Below the pieces are notes generated by a model that made no database searches, had not been told where the DNA came from, and saw only the letters and a list, made by a program, of their open reading frames with translations. From positions 245,735 through 309,734 of the forward strand of contig OY969569.1 in the NCBI GenBank assembly GCA_963701185.1: a stretch of 64,000 bases of DNA, given 5' to 3'. The DNA is from Candidatus Gottesmanbacteria bacterium (GTDB taxonomy: Bacteria; Patescibacteriota; Microgenomatia; UBA10105; UBA927). The translations under genes and the position numbers were made by a program. This document shows positions 26,280 through 36,518 of this stretch, in pieces. Every line of letters starts with the position of its first letter. Position 1 is the first letter of the stretch.

Positions 26280-28688
26280 CTACTGAATCGGATCCTCGAG
26301 AGGATTGTCGGTGTCAAATTTTATAGTTTTGATTTTTGGGAGACGGTTTTTTAATTGATATTCCTTCCACAGAATTTTTCCATTGGACAAAAATTGGGCA
26401 ACGATCAACCGTGTAGTGTCGGTTCCCGGCAGAACTACTAATTTATATTTTCCGGATTTTGGATTAGCAAAAACCTGCAGATTCCTTTCATCCTTCGTCA
26501 TGTGTCCTTCGGGATCTACGATCCAGAAGTCGGCCGGATACCCGATGACAAAAAGGCCGGATATCGGTGCGCGGGATGGAGGTTCCATGTTTGCCGTAAT
26601 AGATTGAATGGTTTGCGGTGCAGCCCCAAGAAACTCCAATACTTTTTCTATTCCCTGAGCCGATGACAGAAGATCCATATGACTGACGGATATGACGCGT
26701 GTATTATCGGCATCGGGAATTTCGCTGCTTGTCAAAAGGACGGTTCCATCGCCGTCCATCGTGGTCGTGCGTGAAATTGGTTTGCCATCTGCCCAATCAC
26801 CAGGAGAATCATGTTTATCTGCCGGGTTCACGCGATATCCGACAGTTGTTTCCTGCGCGTTTCCACGAAGAGTAGCAACTGTCGTATTATAAAAATTTGT
26901 AAAAGAAGATGTTAAAAAATTATTTTTAGCATTCATATCTAGATAATTTTTTAGTCCTGCATCGTCAGTAATGTAATTAAAAACCGGTAGCAGATTATTT
27001 ATGGACGGGAAATATGTCTGTATAACCTCTTTGTCGGTAGTTAGGTGCCGGATTCCACAATTCTTTTGGACTAACGTTAATAGGAATTTCCATCCGAGGT
27101 CTCCTTCCCAGATCTGACCCGCTTCCCACGTCGGATATGCCGCAATTGTCCCCAGATGAGGAGATCCAACGGATAAAAATTTCTCCATTTTATTTGTTGA
27201 CTGTTCCTGTGTTATGTATGACCGGGCTAGAAGCCCTCCCATGCTATGGCCGACGACCCCAACTTTTTCATGCCACCCGGGTGTCGCATTATTGATGAAA
27301 GAAGCCAGCGCCGGTTCGTTTTCGGCAACGGGCTTGCGCCAATCATACGGATAGAGCGTGGGAAGCCAGCCTGCTTTTGTCAGAGCGTCCAGGAGCGGAT
27401 TATAGACGGGGCGGGCAAGATGGAACAATGTCCACTCCCCCGTATAGTCATTGAGTTTGCAATTGATCAGTGCATCAGGATTCCAACTTGCCGTGACTCC
27501 GGGAATTACCACGATTTTCTTTGTCGGAGGAGGTGGAGGTGTGGGAGTGGGAGTTGCTGTGGGTGTGGGAGTTGGTGTTGGAGTGGGAGTAGAAGTTGGC
27601 GTTGGAGTGGGGAGCGGAGGCGCAGTCGGCACAGAAGCAGGATCCGGTGTAGGGAGTATTGACGCGCTCGCCGTCGCGTACCCTATGCGCCAATGGTACC
27701 CGTCGTACCCCGAATACCACATTTTAAGGATATCTTCTTTTAAAATCGTTGATGCGAACATATATGTTTGGTCGAATTTTCCGCCAGTGCCAGTTAATAC
27801 AGGATTAAGTTCGTTTGGCTTAACCCAATTAATACCATCAACGGAATAAGCATAGACAATTCGAGTTGGCATGTCTCCAGCAGCTGCCCCATACCACATA
27901 TGATAAATTCCACCAGAAAAGAGTACTGCGGGGAAACTTAGATTATTTAATTCCCAAATTGTAGTTGGGCTGAGAACCGGATTGTTATTGTTTTGTTTAA
28001 TCCAAATGACTCCATCAGTGGAAGTAGCGTATCCTATACGCCAAAAAGGACTACTACCGAGATCATTTTCGTTTGTAGCAGCGTACCACATATGATAAAC
28101 GCCGTTATTATAGATTATTGCTCTACCCCTTGCGGTGCCGCCCGCGTCCCATGATCCAGGAGTTCCAGTCATAACCCAATTTAATTTTGTCCAATTAAAG
28201 CCATCTTGAGATGTTGCATATCGAGTTCGGAAACGATCAGGCCCACTTTGCCAGTGGTCAGAATTTTGTGAGGTAAACCACATTTTATAAATAGAGCTGC
28301 TTGTATCGTATATAACGGGAGAATCGTTTGTTTCTTTTTCCCAACCGTCAGTTGAACCTGGGGGTATAATTGGTATAGGACTTCTTGTCCAATTAGTAAG
28401 ATCACCTGATGATGATGCGTATCCTATTTTCCAACCAGAACCACCATTTGCGGTATACCAAACGTTATAGATATTGTTTAATTTAAGTACAATAGGTTCA
28501 TCTACCTGATATGAATCCCATCCAGATAAACTTTCACTAAATATTGGATTGTCTGGATATTTTTGCCATTCGGATGCAAATACTTTTTGATTCAAAAAGA
28601 GGTAAAATAGAAAACCTAAAAGGCTAAAACAATAAAAAAGCTTAAAGCAGTATATAATATATTTCGACACTAGATAAACTAATATCAT
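26280..28688 (-). CDS. Secreted glycosidase-like beta-propeller + PT linker + alpha/beta-hydrolase (lipase/LCAT-like)
   Basis: Repeated W(R/K)IGYA(T/S)S blades; (PT)n linker; PYDWR, GHSMGG, GSPHLG, GDGTV; start uncertain. Confidence 0.75.
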   Translation of the reverse strand: MILVYLVSKYIIYCFKLFYCFSLLGFLFYLFLNQKVFASEWQKYPDNPIFSESLSGWDSYQVDEPIVLKLNNIYNVWYTANGGSGWKIGYASSSGDLTNWTRSPIPIIPPGSTDGWEKETNDSPVIYDTSSSIYKMWFTSQNSDHWQSGPDRFRTRYATSQDGFNWTKLNWVMTGTPGSWDAGGTARGRAIIYNNGVYHMWYAATNENDLGSSPFWRIGYATSTDGVIWIKQNNNNPVLSPTTIWELNNLSFPAVLFSGGIYHMWYGAAAGDMPTRIVYAYSVDGINWVKPNELNPVLTGTGGKFDQTYMFASTILKEDILKMWYSGYDGYHWRIGYATASASILPTPDPASVPTAPPLPTPTPTSTPTPTPTPTPTATPTPTPPPPPTKKIVVIPGVTASWNPDALINCKLNDYTGEWTLFHLARPVYNPLLDALTKAGWLPTLYPYDWRKPVAENEPALASFINNATPGWHEKVGVVGHSMGGLLARSYITQEQSTNKMEKFLSVGSPHLGTIAAYPTWEAGQIWEGDLGWKFLLTLVQKNCGIRHLTTDKEVIQTYFPSINNLLPVFNYITDDAGLKNYLDMNAKNNFLTSSFTNFYNTTVATLRGNAQETTVGYRVNPADKHDSPGDWADGKPISRTTTMDGDGTVLLTSSEIPDADNTRVISVSHMDLLSSAQGIEKVLEFLGAAPQTIQSITANMEPPSRAPISGLFVIGYPADFWIVDPEGHMTKDERNLQVFANPKSGKYKLVVLPGTDTTRLIVAQFLSNGKILWKEYQLKNRLPKIKTIKFDTDNPLEDPIQ

Positions 28689-28704
28689 AGTAAAAGGTGT
28701 TTGT

Positions 28705-30006
28705 ATGTACGATAGATTACATATTACTCAAGCTAAAATGATAGAAAACAGATTATTGAATAAATTATTTATTAATACTTCGAGCCAAATTGTTGCGAAA
28801 ATAGTAACAGTTATTTTGGGATTTTTGACGATTAGCCTTTTAACACGTTATCTCGGTGTGGAAAAGTATGGAATATATAATTTAGTTTTCGCGTATCTTG
28901 CATTTTTTGGAATTTTTGCTGATTTTGGCCTGCAGCTAACTCTTGTGCGAGATTTATCGAGTGACACAAAATCTGCCGAAAAGTTGAAATCCAGTTATTT
29001 TTCGCTTAAAGTGATTTTCACTTTTGTTTCAATATTGTTAGCTCTTATTACGCTCATATTTTTCCCTTACTCACAAACGATAAAGATGTCAATACTTGTT
29101 GGGTCCCTCGCAGTAGGAGCTGGTCAGATGAATGCCTACGGTGCTTCCGCACTTCAGTCAAAGGTTAAGCTCGATCTTGTCGCGCTTCTGGAAGTAATTA
29201 ATCGCATTGCGACAGTAATAGCAATCATTATTTTTGTTCTATTGCACCGTGGATTATATGCAATTATTCTTTCAGTTCTTATAGGTAACATACTTAGCAC
29301 GTTATTAAATATTTACTTAACACCTGATTTTTTCCGTTTAACTTCTATACCCTCGTTCGACTTGATTAAAAAAATAATTAAAGTTTCATTTCCCGTGGGT
29401 ATTACATCTTTGTTATCCGTACTTTATTTTAAAGTTGATACGTTGATGCTATCAGTGATGAAATCGACGGTTGACGTTGGTATATACAGTCTTTCCTACA
29501 AGTTGTTCGAAAATATTATAATGCTATGGCTGTTTTATATGGCTAGTTTATATCCTTTGATGGCTGGTTATATTAACAAGAATGATACTAAAAACCTTGT
29601 TTTAATACTAAAGACATCGATTATAGTACTTTCAGTATTTGTTTTAGTTATTCTATCAGTCGGATATTTCTTCGCGCCTCTCGTAATTGATATCCTTGGT
29701 GGGAAAAATTTTATTGAAAGCATTTTACCGTTTAGAGTATTATTGATTGCACTGCCTTTCGTGTTTATGAATAATATTTTCTATTACCTATTTCTATCGT
29801 TCTCGAAAATTAAGATAATATTCTGGGTTTTGATCAGTTCTTTAGTCATTAATTTATTAATTAATATGTTTCTTATTCCTCGTTATGGCTATATAGGAAC
29901 CAGCGCATCAACTGTGCTGACCGAGTTTTTAGTGAGTATACTCTATTGTGTATTTTTTCTGAAAATGAGGTTGCTTAGCTTTCAAACTGCCCCGAATTAT
30001 AAGTAA
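28705..30006 (+). CDS. Wzx-type polysaccharide flippase
   Basis: LLTRYLGVEKYGIY, ADFGL, KVDTLML, LIPRYGYIG; multi-TM. Confidence 0.9.
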   Translation: MYDRLHITQAKMIENRLLNKLFINTSSQIVAKIVTVILGFLTISLLTRYLGVEKYGIYNLVFAYLAFFGIFADFGLQLTLVRDLSSDTKSAEKLKSSYFSLKVIFTFVSILLALITLIFFPYSQTIKMSILVGSLAVGAGQMNAYGASALQSKVKLDLVALLEVINRIATVIAIIIFVLLHRGLYAIILSVLIGNILSTLLNIYLTPDFFRLTSIPSFDLIKKIIKVSFPVGITSLLSVLYFKVDTLMLSVMKSTVDVGIYSLSYKLFENIIMLWLFYMASLYPLMAGYINKNDTKNLVLILKTSIIVLSVFVLVILSVGYFFAPLVIDILGGKNFIESILPFRVLLIALPFVFMNNIFYYLFLSFSKIKIIFWVLISSLVINLLINMFLIPRYGYIGTSASTVLTEFLVSILYCVFFLKMRLLSFQTAPNYK

Positions 30007-30007
30007 T

Positions 30008-30739
30008 GTGAATCCATTCAAAATATTTAATAACAAGATATCATATGCCGGTATTTCCTCCGATATGGATAAGGAGTTTAATAGAATTTATAGCATTACG
30101 AAGAGATATACAATGACATCGATCGAGAGGATGTACTCAATGTATAAAGCAACAGAATATGTCATAAACGCTCGTATAGTCGGTGATGTAGTTGAATGCG
30201 GGATTTGGAGAGGTGGAAGTTCCATGATTGCAGCGATAACCATGCGGAAGCTACATAATTTGCAGAAGAAAATTTACCTATACGATACGTACGCCGGAAT
30301 GACTAAACCAAGCAAGTTTGATAAATCAGTAGGTAGTGATAACCACGCCACCGATTATTGGAATAAAAATAAATCTGGTGATATCAACAAATGGTGCTAT
30401 TCATCACTTGATGAAGTAAAATCCAACCTGTATAAAACTGGTTACCCTAAAAATAAACTACTGTTCATAGAAGGCGACGTTGAGAAAACTATACCGAAGA
30501 TTATACCGAAGAAAATCTCACTTTTGAGATTGGATACCGATTGGTATAAATCAACCTACCATGAGCTGAATTATTTGTATCCCTTACTAACGCCTGGCGG
30601 TGTACTGATTCTTGATGATTACGGTCATTGGCGAGGTGCGAGGAGGGCGACAGACGAGTATTTTAAAAGAAAGGGAATACATATTTTTTTAATCAGAATC
30701 GATTACACAGGAAGAATTGCAATAAAATATGGCAAATAA
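30008..30739 (+). CDS. TylF/MycF/NovP-family sugar O-methyltransferase
   Basis: VECGIWRGGS, YDTYAG, LLRLDTDWYKST, ILDDYGHW. Confidence 0.9.
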   Translation: MNPFKIFNNKISYAGISSDMDKEFNRIYSITKRYTMTSIERMYSMYKATEYVINARIVGDVVECGIWRGGSSMIAAITMRKLHNLQKKIYLYDTYAGMTKPSKFDKSVGSDNHATDYWNKNKSGDINKWCYSSLDEVKSNLYKTGYPKNKLLFIEGDVEKTIPKIIPKKISLLRLDTDWYKSTYHELNYLYPLLTPGGVLILDDYGHWRGARRATDEYFKRKGIHIFLIRIDYTGRIAIKYGK

Positions 30740-31394
30740 GAACATCTCATGGTTTTCGCCAGATAAGTTAATAAAGGACTTACAGTGGGATTATCTATCG
30801 GAAGCGTCTAAGTTTGCGCGAGGAGAGATGCTAGATGTAGGATGCGGTAAAATGCCTTATAAAGCTATTTTTATGCCTAGAGTTAGTAAATATATCGGCA
30901 TTGATAAGTATAACCGGGATGCTGACATTAAGAAAGACTTTTTGAAAGCAACGATTTTTGATAAATCGTTCGACACTGTACTATGTACACAAGTTTTAGA
31001 GCATATTCCTGAACCACAAAAGTTTTTAGAAAAGATTAACAAGGTGTTAAAAAAGAATGGCGTTCTTATTTTAACAGTGCCTTTCACGGGCCATCTACAC
31101 GAGGTTCCCCGAGACTATTACCGCTATACAAAGTATGGGCTTCGGTATATGCTCAAGAATGCGAATTTTAGAATCGTCTATATTAAGGCGGAAGGGAATT
31201 GGATTACCTCAATAGGACAGGAGATTATTTCTTACATCGAGCCTACGTTTAACCGTTTTTTACTTAAGTATCCCAAACGATTATTTCAATTAGGCGTTCT
31301 TTTACTGACTAAAGGTTTTTCAAAGCTGCCTGAACGATTTACTAAATCACAATATAGCGTTATTAACTATATTGTCGTTGCCAAAAAGCAGTAA
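30729..31394 (+). CDS. Class I SAM methyltransferase
   Basis: LDVGCG, QVLEHI, HEVPRDYYRYT. Confidence 0.85.
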   Translation: MANKNISWFSPDKLIKDLQWDYLSEASKFARGEMLDVGCGKMPYKAIFMPRVSKYIGIDKYNRDADIKKDFLKATIFDKSFDTVLCTQVLEHIPEPQKFLEKINKVLKKNGVLILTVPFTGHLHEVPRDYYRYTKYGLRYMLKNANFRIVYIKAEGNWITSIGQEIISYIEPTFNRFLLKYPKRLFQLGVLLLTKGFSKLPERFTKSQYSVINYIVVAKKQ

Positions 31395-31397
31395 TCC

Positions 31398-32549
31398 ATG
31401 AAAATTTTGTTTATACGAAACGCTGATAGGTTTAGCGGTTCCGAAAAATATGATATTAACTTATTCTCGGAGTTTATCAAGTACCCTTCACTCAACGTAT
31501 ATTTTTTAACGAATTTAAAATTTTTTGCCAGACGAGCATCACAACTCGGAGTAACAACTAAGGTTATTTCATGGGGCTCAGAGGGAATTGGAACAAAAAA
31601 GCAATTACTATTAGCTCTTACAAAGCTCCCAATAATTCTTCCGAGATATATCTCGATAATTCATAAGTTTGAAAAGAATGGACGTTTTGATCTCATTTGT
31701 CTTCAATCGATGACAGAGAAGATATTTCTTACTCCGATACTTAAGATACAGGGATACAAGATACTTTGGACCGAACAAGGGCCAATTTATGCAACTCAGA
31801 TGTCAAAAGTAATTAAGTTTTTATATAGGCAGGTAAGCATTTTCGTCGATAAAATACTTGCGGTATCCAAGGATACAAAAAAGGATCTTATTCGTGGCGG
31901 AGTGTCTGCAAAAAAAATTACTGCGATTTATATTGGGATAGACATAAATAAATTTAAGCCGTTAAGTACGATTAAAATTAATACCTTAAAAAGGAGGTTT
32001 CAAATTAGTCGGAACTCTTTCGTTCTGGGTTATCTAGGGACAGTGACTGATGAAAAAGGCATAGAAGACTTTGTTTTAGTATCAAATATGTTGTTTAAAC
32101 AAGATAAGAATTTTCATTTTGTTATTATTGGGGATGGACCATTACTTCCATGGGTGAAACAGTCTATAAAAAGGTTAAAAATGACAAAGAATTACATGTG
32201 TAGTGGTTTTGTTGAAGATGTTACTAAATATTTAGGCGTTATAGATATATTATTTTTGCCCACACGTCATTACGAAGGTCTCCCTTTAGCCATATTAGAG
32301 GCACAATCAATGGGTAAGATAGTTATAACCAGCACGATGGGCGGCAATCATGAAATTGTTCAGAATGGTATAAATGGTTTTCTCTTTAGCGGCCTGAATA
32401 AAGCCTCCATTGTTAAACGTATCATCACCATGCGTCTTTCCAAATCAAACATGTTAGAGTTGAACAGGCAGGCGCGTAAGAATATAATGAAACGATTCAA
32501 TATTGAAGTTCAAAAGAAGAAATTCGTTCAATTTCTCCAAAACATATGA
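31398..32549 (+). CDS. Glycosyltransferase family 4
   Basis: EGLPLAILEAQSMG, NGINGFL. Confidence 0.9.
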   Translation: MKILFIRNADRFSGSEKYDINLFSEFIKYPSLNVYFLTNLKFFARRASQLGVTTKVISWGSEGIGTKKQLLLALTKLPIILPRYISIIHKFEKNGRFDLICLQSMTEKIFLTPILKIQGYKILWTEQGPIYATQMSKVIKFLYRQVSIFVDKILAVSKDTKKDLIRGGVSAKKITAIYIGIDINKFKPLSTIKINTLKRRFQISRNSFVLGYLGTVTDEKGIEDFVLVSNMLFKQDKNFHFVIIGDGPLLPWVKQSIKRLKMTKNYMCSGFVEDVTKYLGVIDILFLPTRHYEGLPLAILEAQSMGKIVITSTMGGNHEIVQNGINGFLFSGLNKASIVKRIITMRLSKSNMLELNRQARKNIMKRFNIEVQKKKFVQFLQNI

Positions 32550-33625
32550 TTATCGGTGTAGATGCGGGGGCATTGTCCGTACGTGATGACCGCCTGAAGG
32601 TGGGCGTGTATCGCGTCACGTTAAATCTGTTGCGTGAGCTCGGGAAAATCGATACAACAAATGAATACCGCCTCTATACTTTTTTGCCTATTCCTGCGCC
32701 ACAGATGAAAGAATTCGGCCCGCGGATGAAAAACGTGATCGTGCGGCCTGTGATCGGCTGGTCCATGATCCAGGTACCCATTGAGCTGCGGCGCCATCCT
32801 GTTGATGTTTTTTTAGGGTTATCCCAAATGATACCGTTTTCCTCAGCCCGTAATATCGGTTTCGTATATGACCTCGGATTTTTGCGGTACCCTGGTGCAT
32901 ATCCCGGGTCGCTTGCACGTCTGGAGGCGCAGACAAGACAGTTGGTCAAGCGATCGGACCATATTATTACCATTTCCAAATCGGCTGAATCAGATATTGT
33001 CAACGCGTACGGAATAGACAAAAAACGCATAACGGTTAACTATCCCGGGATAGACCACAGGTTTACGGCACGCGGCGCCAAACATAAGGGAAAACCGTAT
33101 ATCCTGTATGTCGGTGCACTCAAGCGCGGGAAAAATATCCCGTTTGCTATCCGTGCATTTAAAAAATTTTTGGACGGCAGCAAGAAACAGTATGATTTTT
33201 TATTGGTCGGCGGTGATTATTGGGCAGACAAAACAATTCCGCACATAATAGAGGAGCTGGGATTGTGGGATAAGGTAAAATTGGCAGGGTTTGTTCCCGA
33301 TTCTGATTTGCCTACCTATTACCGCGGGGCCAGCGCGCTTTTTCTTACATCTCTCTGGGAGGGGTTTTGCCTACCCGCTACCGAAGCTATGAAAAGCGGC
33401 TGTCCCATCGTTTATGCCCGGACCGGATCCCTGCCGGAGATTGTTGGCGATGCAGGATTGATATTTGCCAAGGGAGACGAAACCGAAGCGGCCGACGCAC
33501 TTGCAAAGATCACTTCCACCGCTTTACTGCGGAAGCAATTGGTCAGGGCCGGCATAGAGCGGAGTAAGCAGTTTACCTGGCGTGCGTTTGCACAAAGCGT
33601 CCACCGCATCATTGCCAAATCATGA
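32546..33625 (+). CDS. Glycosyltransferase family 4
   Basis: EGFCLPATEAMKSG, GSLPEIVGDAG. Confidence 0.9.
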   Translation: MIIGVDAGALSVRDDRLKVGVYRVTLNLLRELGKIDTTNEYRLYTFLPIPAPQMKEFGPRMKNVIVRPVIGWSMIQVPIELRRHPVDVFLGLSQMIPFSSARNIGFVYDLGFLRYPGAYPGSLARLEAQTRQLVKRSDHIITISKSAESDIVNAYGIDKKRITVNYPGIDHRFTARGAKHKGKPYILYVGALKRGKNIPFAIRAFKKFLDGSKKQYDFLLVGGDYWADKTIPHIIEELGLWDKVKLAGFVPDSDLPTYYRGASALFLTSLWEGFCLPATEAMKSGCPIVYARTGSLPEIVGDAGLIFAKGDETEAADALAKITSTALLRKQLVRAGIERSKQFTWRAFAQSVHRIIAKS

Positions 33626-34698
33626 AAGTCGCCGTCGTCCGCGGAAAATTTCTGAACAAATACGAAATGCAGTTTTTTGAGCCGCTTGTCAATCGCTTTG
33701 ATATCACTGCATTCGGATCACTGACAAGCTTCCATGACCGGTTCCGCTTTCCCGCGGTCAAGCTTCTTTCACCCATGGATATCCCTGATTTCCCGTACAA
33801 AATGCCGGTATTAAACAGATTGTTTATCGATGCGCATTATTTGTTTGGATTGGAAGGGAAGCTCCGCGGATTTGACCTTGTGCACACAGCGGAAACCTAT
33901 TTCCATTACACCCAACAATGCCTGAATGCCAAAAAGAAAGGGTATGTCAAAAAAGTCATTGCCACGGTATTGGAAAATATTCCCTTTAATAACGAAGGCA
34001 TTCCCGGCAGACGTGCATTTAAAGCGCGCGCAAGACAGGAGCTTGACCACATGATCGCATTGACCAATAAGACGAAGGCAGCACTGCTTCTTGAAGGAGC
34101 TGACCCTAAAAAGATTACCGTCATCAGCCATTTTATCGATACAAAAAGATTTTCTCCGGGCAGAAGTCGAATTCACAAAAAACTCGTTATACTTTTTGTC
34201 GGAAGGCTGGAATGGTATAAGGGAATATTTGATTTTATACAAGCTGCGGAGATGCTTCGCGCCGAAGGCTTCCACCTAACGTTTCGCGTGATCGGGACGG
34301 GCAGTGAAGCAAATAAAATTCCCCAGTGGATTGAAAAACGACATGCGATGTATGACGAGATGCCGTCTGTGTATAACGGCGCTGATATATTTATTGCCCC
34401 CAGCAAGCCCACACCGACGTATGAAGAGCAGTACTGTACGGCGCTTCTTGAGGCGCAGGCTTCAGGCCTGGCCATTGTGACCACCAGAAGCGGCGGCATA
34501 CCGGAGAATATCGGAGACGCCGGTATCGTGGTCGAGCCCGGGGATGTGTCGGCGATTGCACAAGCGGTAAAAAGCTATATATTAAACCCTCAGAAGCGAC
34601 TGGTATATGGTGTTGCTGCGCGTGAACGGGCAATACGCGTGCATGACGCGAGGATAGGCGCAAAAAAACTTGCGGGTCTCTACCGCTCCCTGTTTTAA
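33622..34698 (+). CDS. Glycosyltransferase family 4
   Basis: LFVGRL, EQYCTALLEAQASG, SGGIPE. Confidence 0.9.
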   Translation: MKVAVVRGKFLNKYEMQFFEPLVNRFDITAFGSLTSFHDRFRFPAVKLLSPMDIPDFPYKMPVLNRLFIDAHYLFGLEGKLRGFDLVHTAETYFHYTQQCLNAKKKGYVKKVIATVLENIPFNNEGIPGRRAFKARARQELDHMIALTNKTKAALLLEGADPKKITVISHFIDTKRFSPGRSRIHKKLVILFVGRLEWYKGIFDFIQAAEMLRAEGFHLTFRVIGTGSEANKIPQWIEKRHAMYDEMPSVYNGADIFIAPSKPTPTYEEQYCTALLEAQASGLAIVTTRSGGIPENIGDAGIVVEPGDVSAIAQAVKSYILNPQKRLVYGVAARERAIRVHDARIGAKKLAGLYRSLF

Positions 34699-35717
34699 GG
34701 CCGCAACAGCAAGAAGGAAATAATGAGCGATGCATTGACAAGAGTCAGTGGGATGACAACAATCGTGAGGAAGTAAAATTGGGTCCATTTGTAATGAGCC
34801 AGCCAGGTAAAAATAGGAGCAATGCCGAAGGCAAGAATCGGCAAGGTACTCACAAACATCCTGCCGCTGTAGGAAGCGCCCTGCCACCACGTACTCCAAC
34901 TGGCTACGGTGTACAGTTCCAGAAGAAAGACAAGAAGCATCATCCGTCTTTTTTTCGTGATGAGTCCGATTGTGCCAAGGAGTGTTATCGGAGTCCACAG
35001 ATATAAGCCGTTTCGTAATCCAAACAGGACTCCGAGTATGTGCGGTCGGAAAAAGTTGAAACCTTCATGTAATAAATAGGGACTTATCCAAAACCTGCCC
35101 GCGGTATGTTGCCAAGCAAGGAATTGTGGTGAAAATACAAGAAGAAAGCCGGCAATAATCAATACAATATTCTTCTTCGTGATGGAAGGAAGAAGAAGTA
35201 TTGTATAGATGAGGTCCTGGGTACGCATCAAACCAAGGAGGCCGAGTGCGGCACCGATACTAAACCAGGATTTTTGCTTTTGCAGCAAAAGCGAGAGGAA
35301 TACGACGGCCGCAAAAAAAGTAAGTGCGTGGGAATTGACCACATCTATTGATCCATAAAAGAGAAGATTACTTGCTCCGGCAATTGAGGCAACTGCCATA
35401 ATGCTTACGGTTTCGCTGAAATATTTTAGCAACAGGCGCCATAAGAGGAGGAGCGAAAATATCGTTGCCAGTACACTGGTGAAACCGACGACTATTTCAT
35501 TGCGGGTCAGAAGATATGCCGGAGTCCAAAATAGCGCAGGTCCTACTGAATATTTACTCGGTTGCAGAGTAAGCCATCCGTAATAATATGTGCCGTCGCC
35601 GTAGACGGTTTTATTAAGATACGCGGCGTGGGCAAAGAATCCGGTCAGGTAAACCGTGCAGATGCAAAGAAAAATCGACAGCGGCGATATCTTAGTCAAA
35701 AGCTTCATTACCGGCAA
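34695..35717 (-). CDS. Polytopic membrane protein, probable GT-C glycosyltransferase
   Basis: GDGTYYY early loop, many TM, WWQGASYSGRMF. Confidence 0.55.
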   Translation of the reverse strand: MPVMKLLTKISPLSIFLCICTVYLTGFFAHAAYLNKTVYGDGTYYYGWLTLQPSKYSVGPALFWTPAYLLTRNEIVVGFTSVLATIFSLLLLWRLLLKYFSETVSIMAVASIAGASNLLFYGSIDVVNSHALTFFAAVVFLSLLLQKQKSWFSIGAALGLLGLMRTQDLIYTILLLPSITKKNIVLIIAGFLLVFSPQFLAWQHTAGRFWISPYLLHEGFNFFRPHILGVLFGLRNGLYLWTPITLLGTIGLITKKRRMMLLVFLLELYTVASWSTWWQGASYSGRMFVSTLPILAFGIAPIFTWLAHYKWTQFYFLTIVVIPLTLVNASLIISFLLLRP

Positions 35718-35732
35718 TGATATAATGGGACA

Positions 35733-36518
35733 GTGGTTAGTGCAATTGTATTATCCCATAATGACCAGGATTCGGTGGTGCGGACCCTCGCGAGCCTTTT
35801 CTGGTGTGATGAAATAATCGTTATTGACGATTTCTCCACGGACGAAACGGTTTCCCGGGCAAAAAAATTTACGCCAAACATTTACCGGCATCATTTACAC
35901 GATGATTTTTCCGCGCAGAGGAATTTCGGGTTGACAAAAGTCGGAGGGCCCGCCTCGACTCGCGGCGAGCCGACGCGAGGCGGGGAGTGGGTTCTTTTTG
36001 TCGATAGCGATGAAGTCGTTTCAGCCGAGCTGGCTGATGAAATTAAAAAATCATTGGAAATTGACTGTGCGGGATTTTACATGAAACGTCAGGATTGGCT
36101 TTTCGGAAAACCGCTTGGTCACGGGGAAACAGGTAAAGTGCGTTTATTACGGTTGGCAAAAAAGAATGCAGGGAAATGGGAGAGAACAGTTCATGAAGTA
36201 TGGCATGTCAGCGGGATGACCGGTGAGCTTGATCATCCGCTTGATCATTTCCCCCACCAATACGTCGCACAATTTATAAGTGACATAAATCACTATTCAA
36301 CCCTCAACGCGCGGTATTTGTATTCAAAAAATGTGCATGCATTCTGGTGGCATATCATTGCGTATCCCAGTCTCAAATTTTTTGTGGATTATATCTGGTA
36401 TTTAGGATTCCTGGACGGCACTGCTGGGGCAGTTGTGGCTCTTATGATGAGTTTTCATTCATTTTTGTCCCGTGCAAAACTCTGGCTGTTATGGCACAAA
36501 CGAGAAAAAACATCCTAA
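35733..36518 (+). CDS. Glycosyltransferase family 2
   Basis: IDDFSTD, DFSAQRNFGL, WVLFVDSDE, VHE, GFLDG. Confidence 0.92.
   Translation: MVSAIVLSHNDQDSVVRTLASLFWCDEIIVIDDFSTDETVSRAKKFTPNIYRHHLHDDFSAQRNFGLTKVGGPASTRGEPTRGGEWVLFVDSDEVVSAELADEIKKSLEIDCAGFYMKRQDWLFGKPLGHGETGKVRLLRLAKKNAGKWERTVHEVWHVSGMTGELDHPLDHFPHQYVAQFISDINHYSTLNARYLYSKNVHAFWWHIIAYPSLKFFVDYIWYLGFLDGTAGAVVALMMSFHSFLSRAKLWLLWHKREKTS
35949..35984. repeat. 36-bp palindromic in-frame insertion in GT2
   Basis: CCCGCCTCG-actcgcggcgagccgacg-CGAGGCGGG = PASTRGEPTRGG. Confidence 0.85.

Noticed and set aside
27530-27615. GTGGGA/GTTGGT hexamer run as a DNA repeat element
   Set aside because: Explained by an ordinary Pro-Thr linker on the minus strand with varied third positions
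25859-32549. tRNA-Val as the attachment site of an integrative element
   Set aside because: No integrase and no duplicated tRNA 3' end seen by eye
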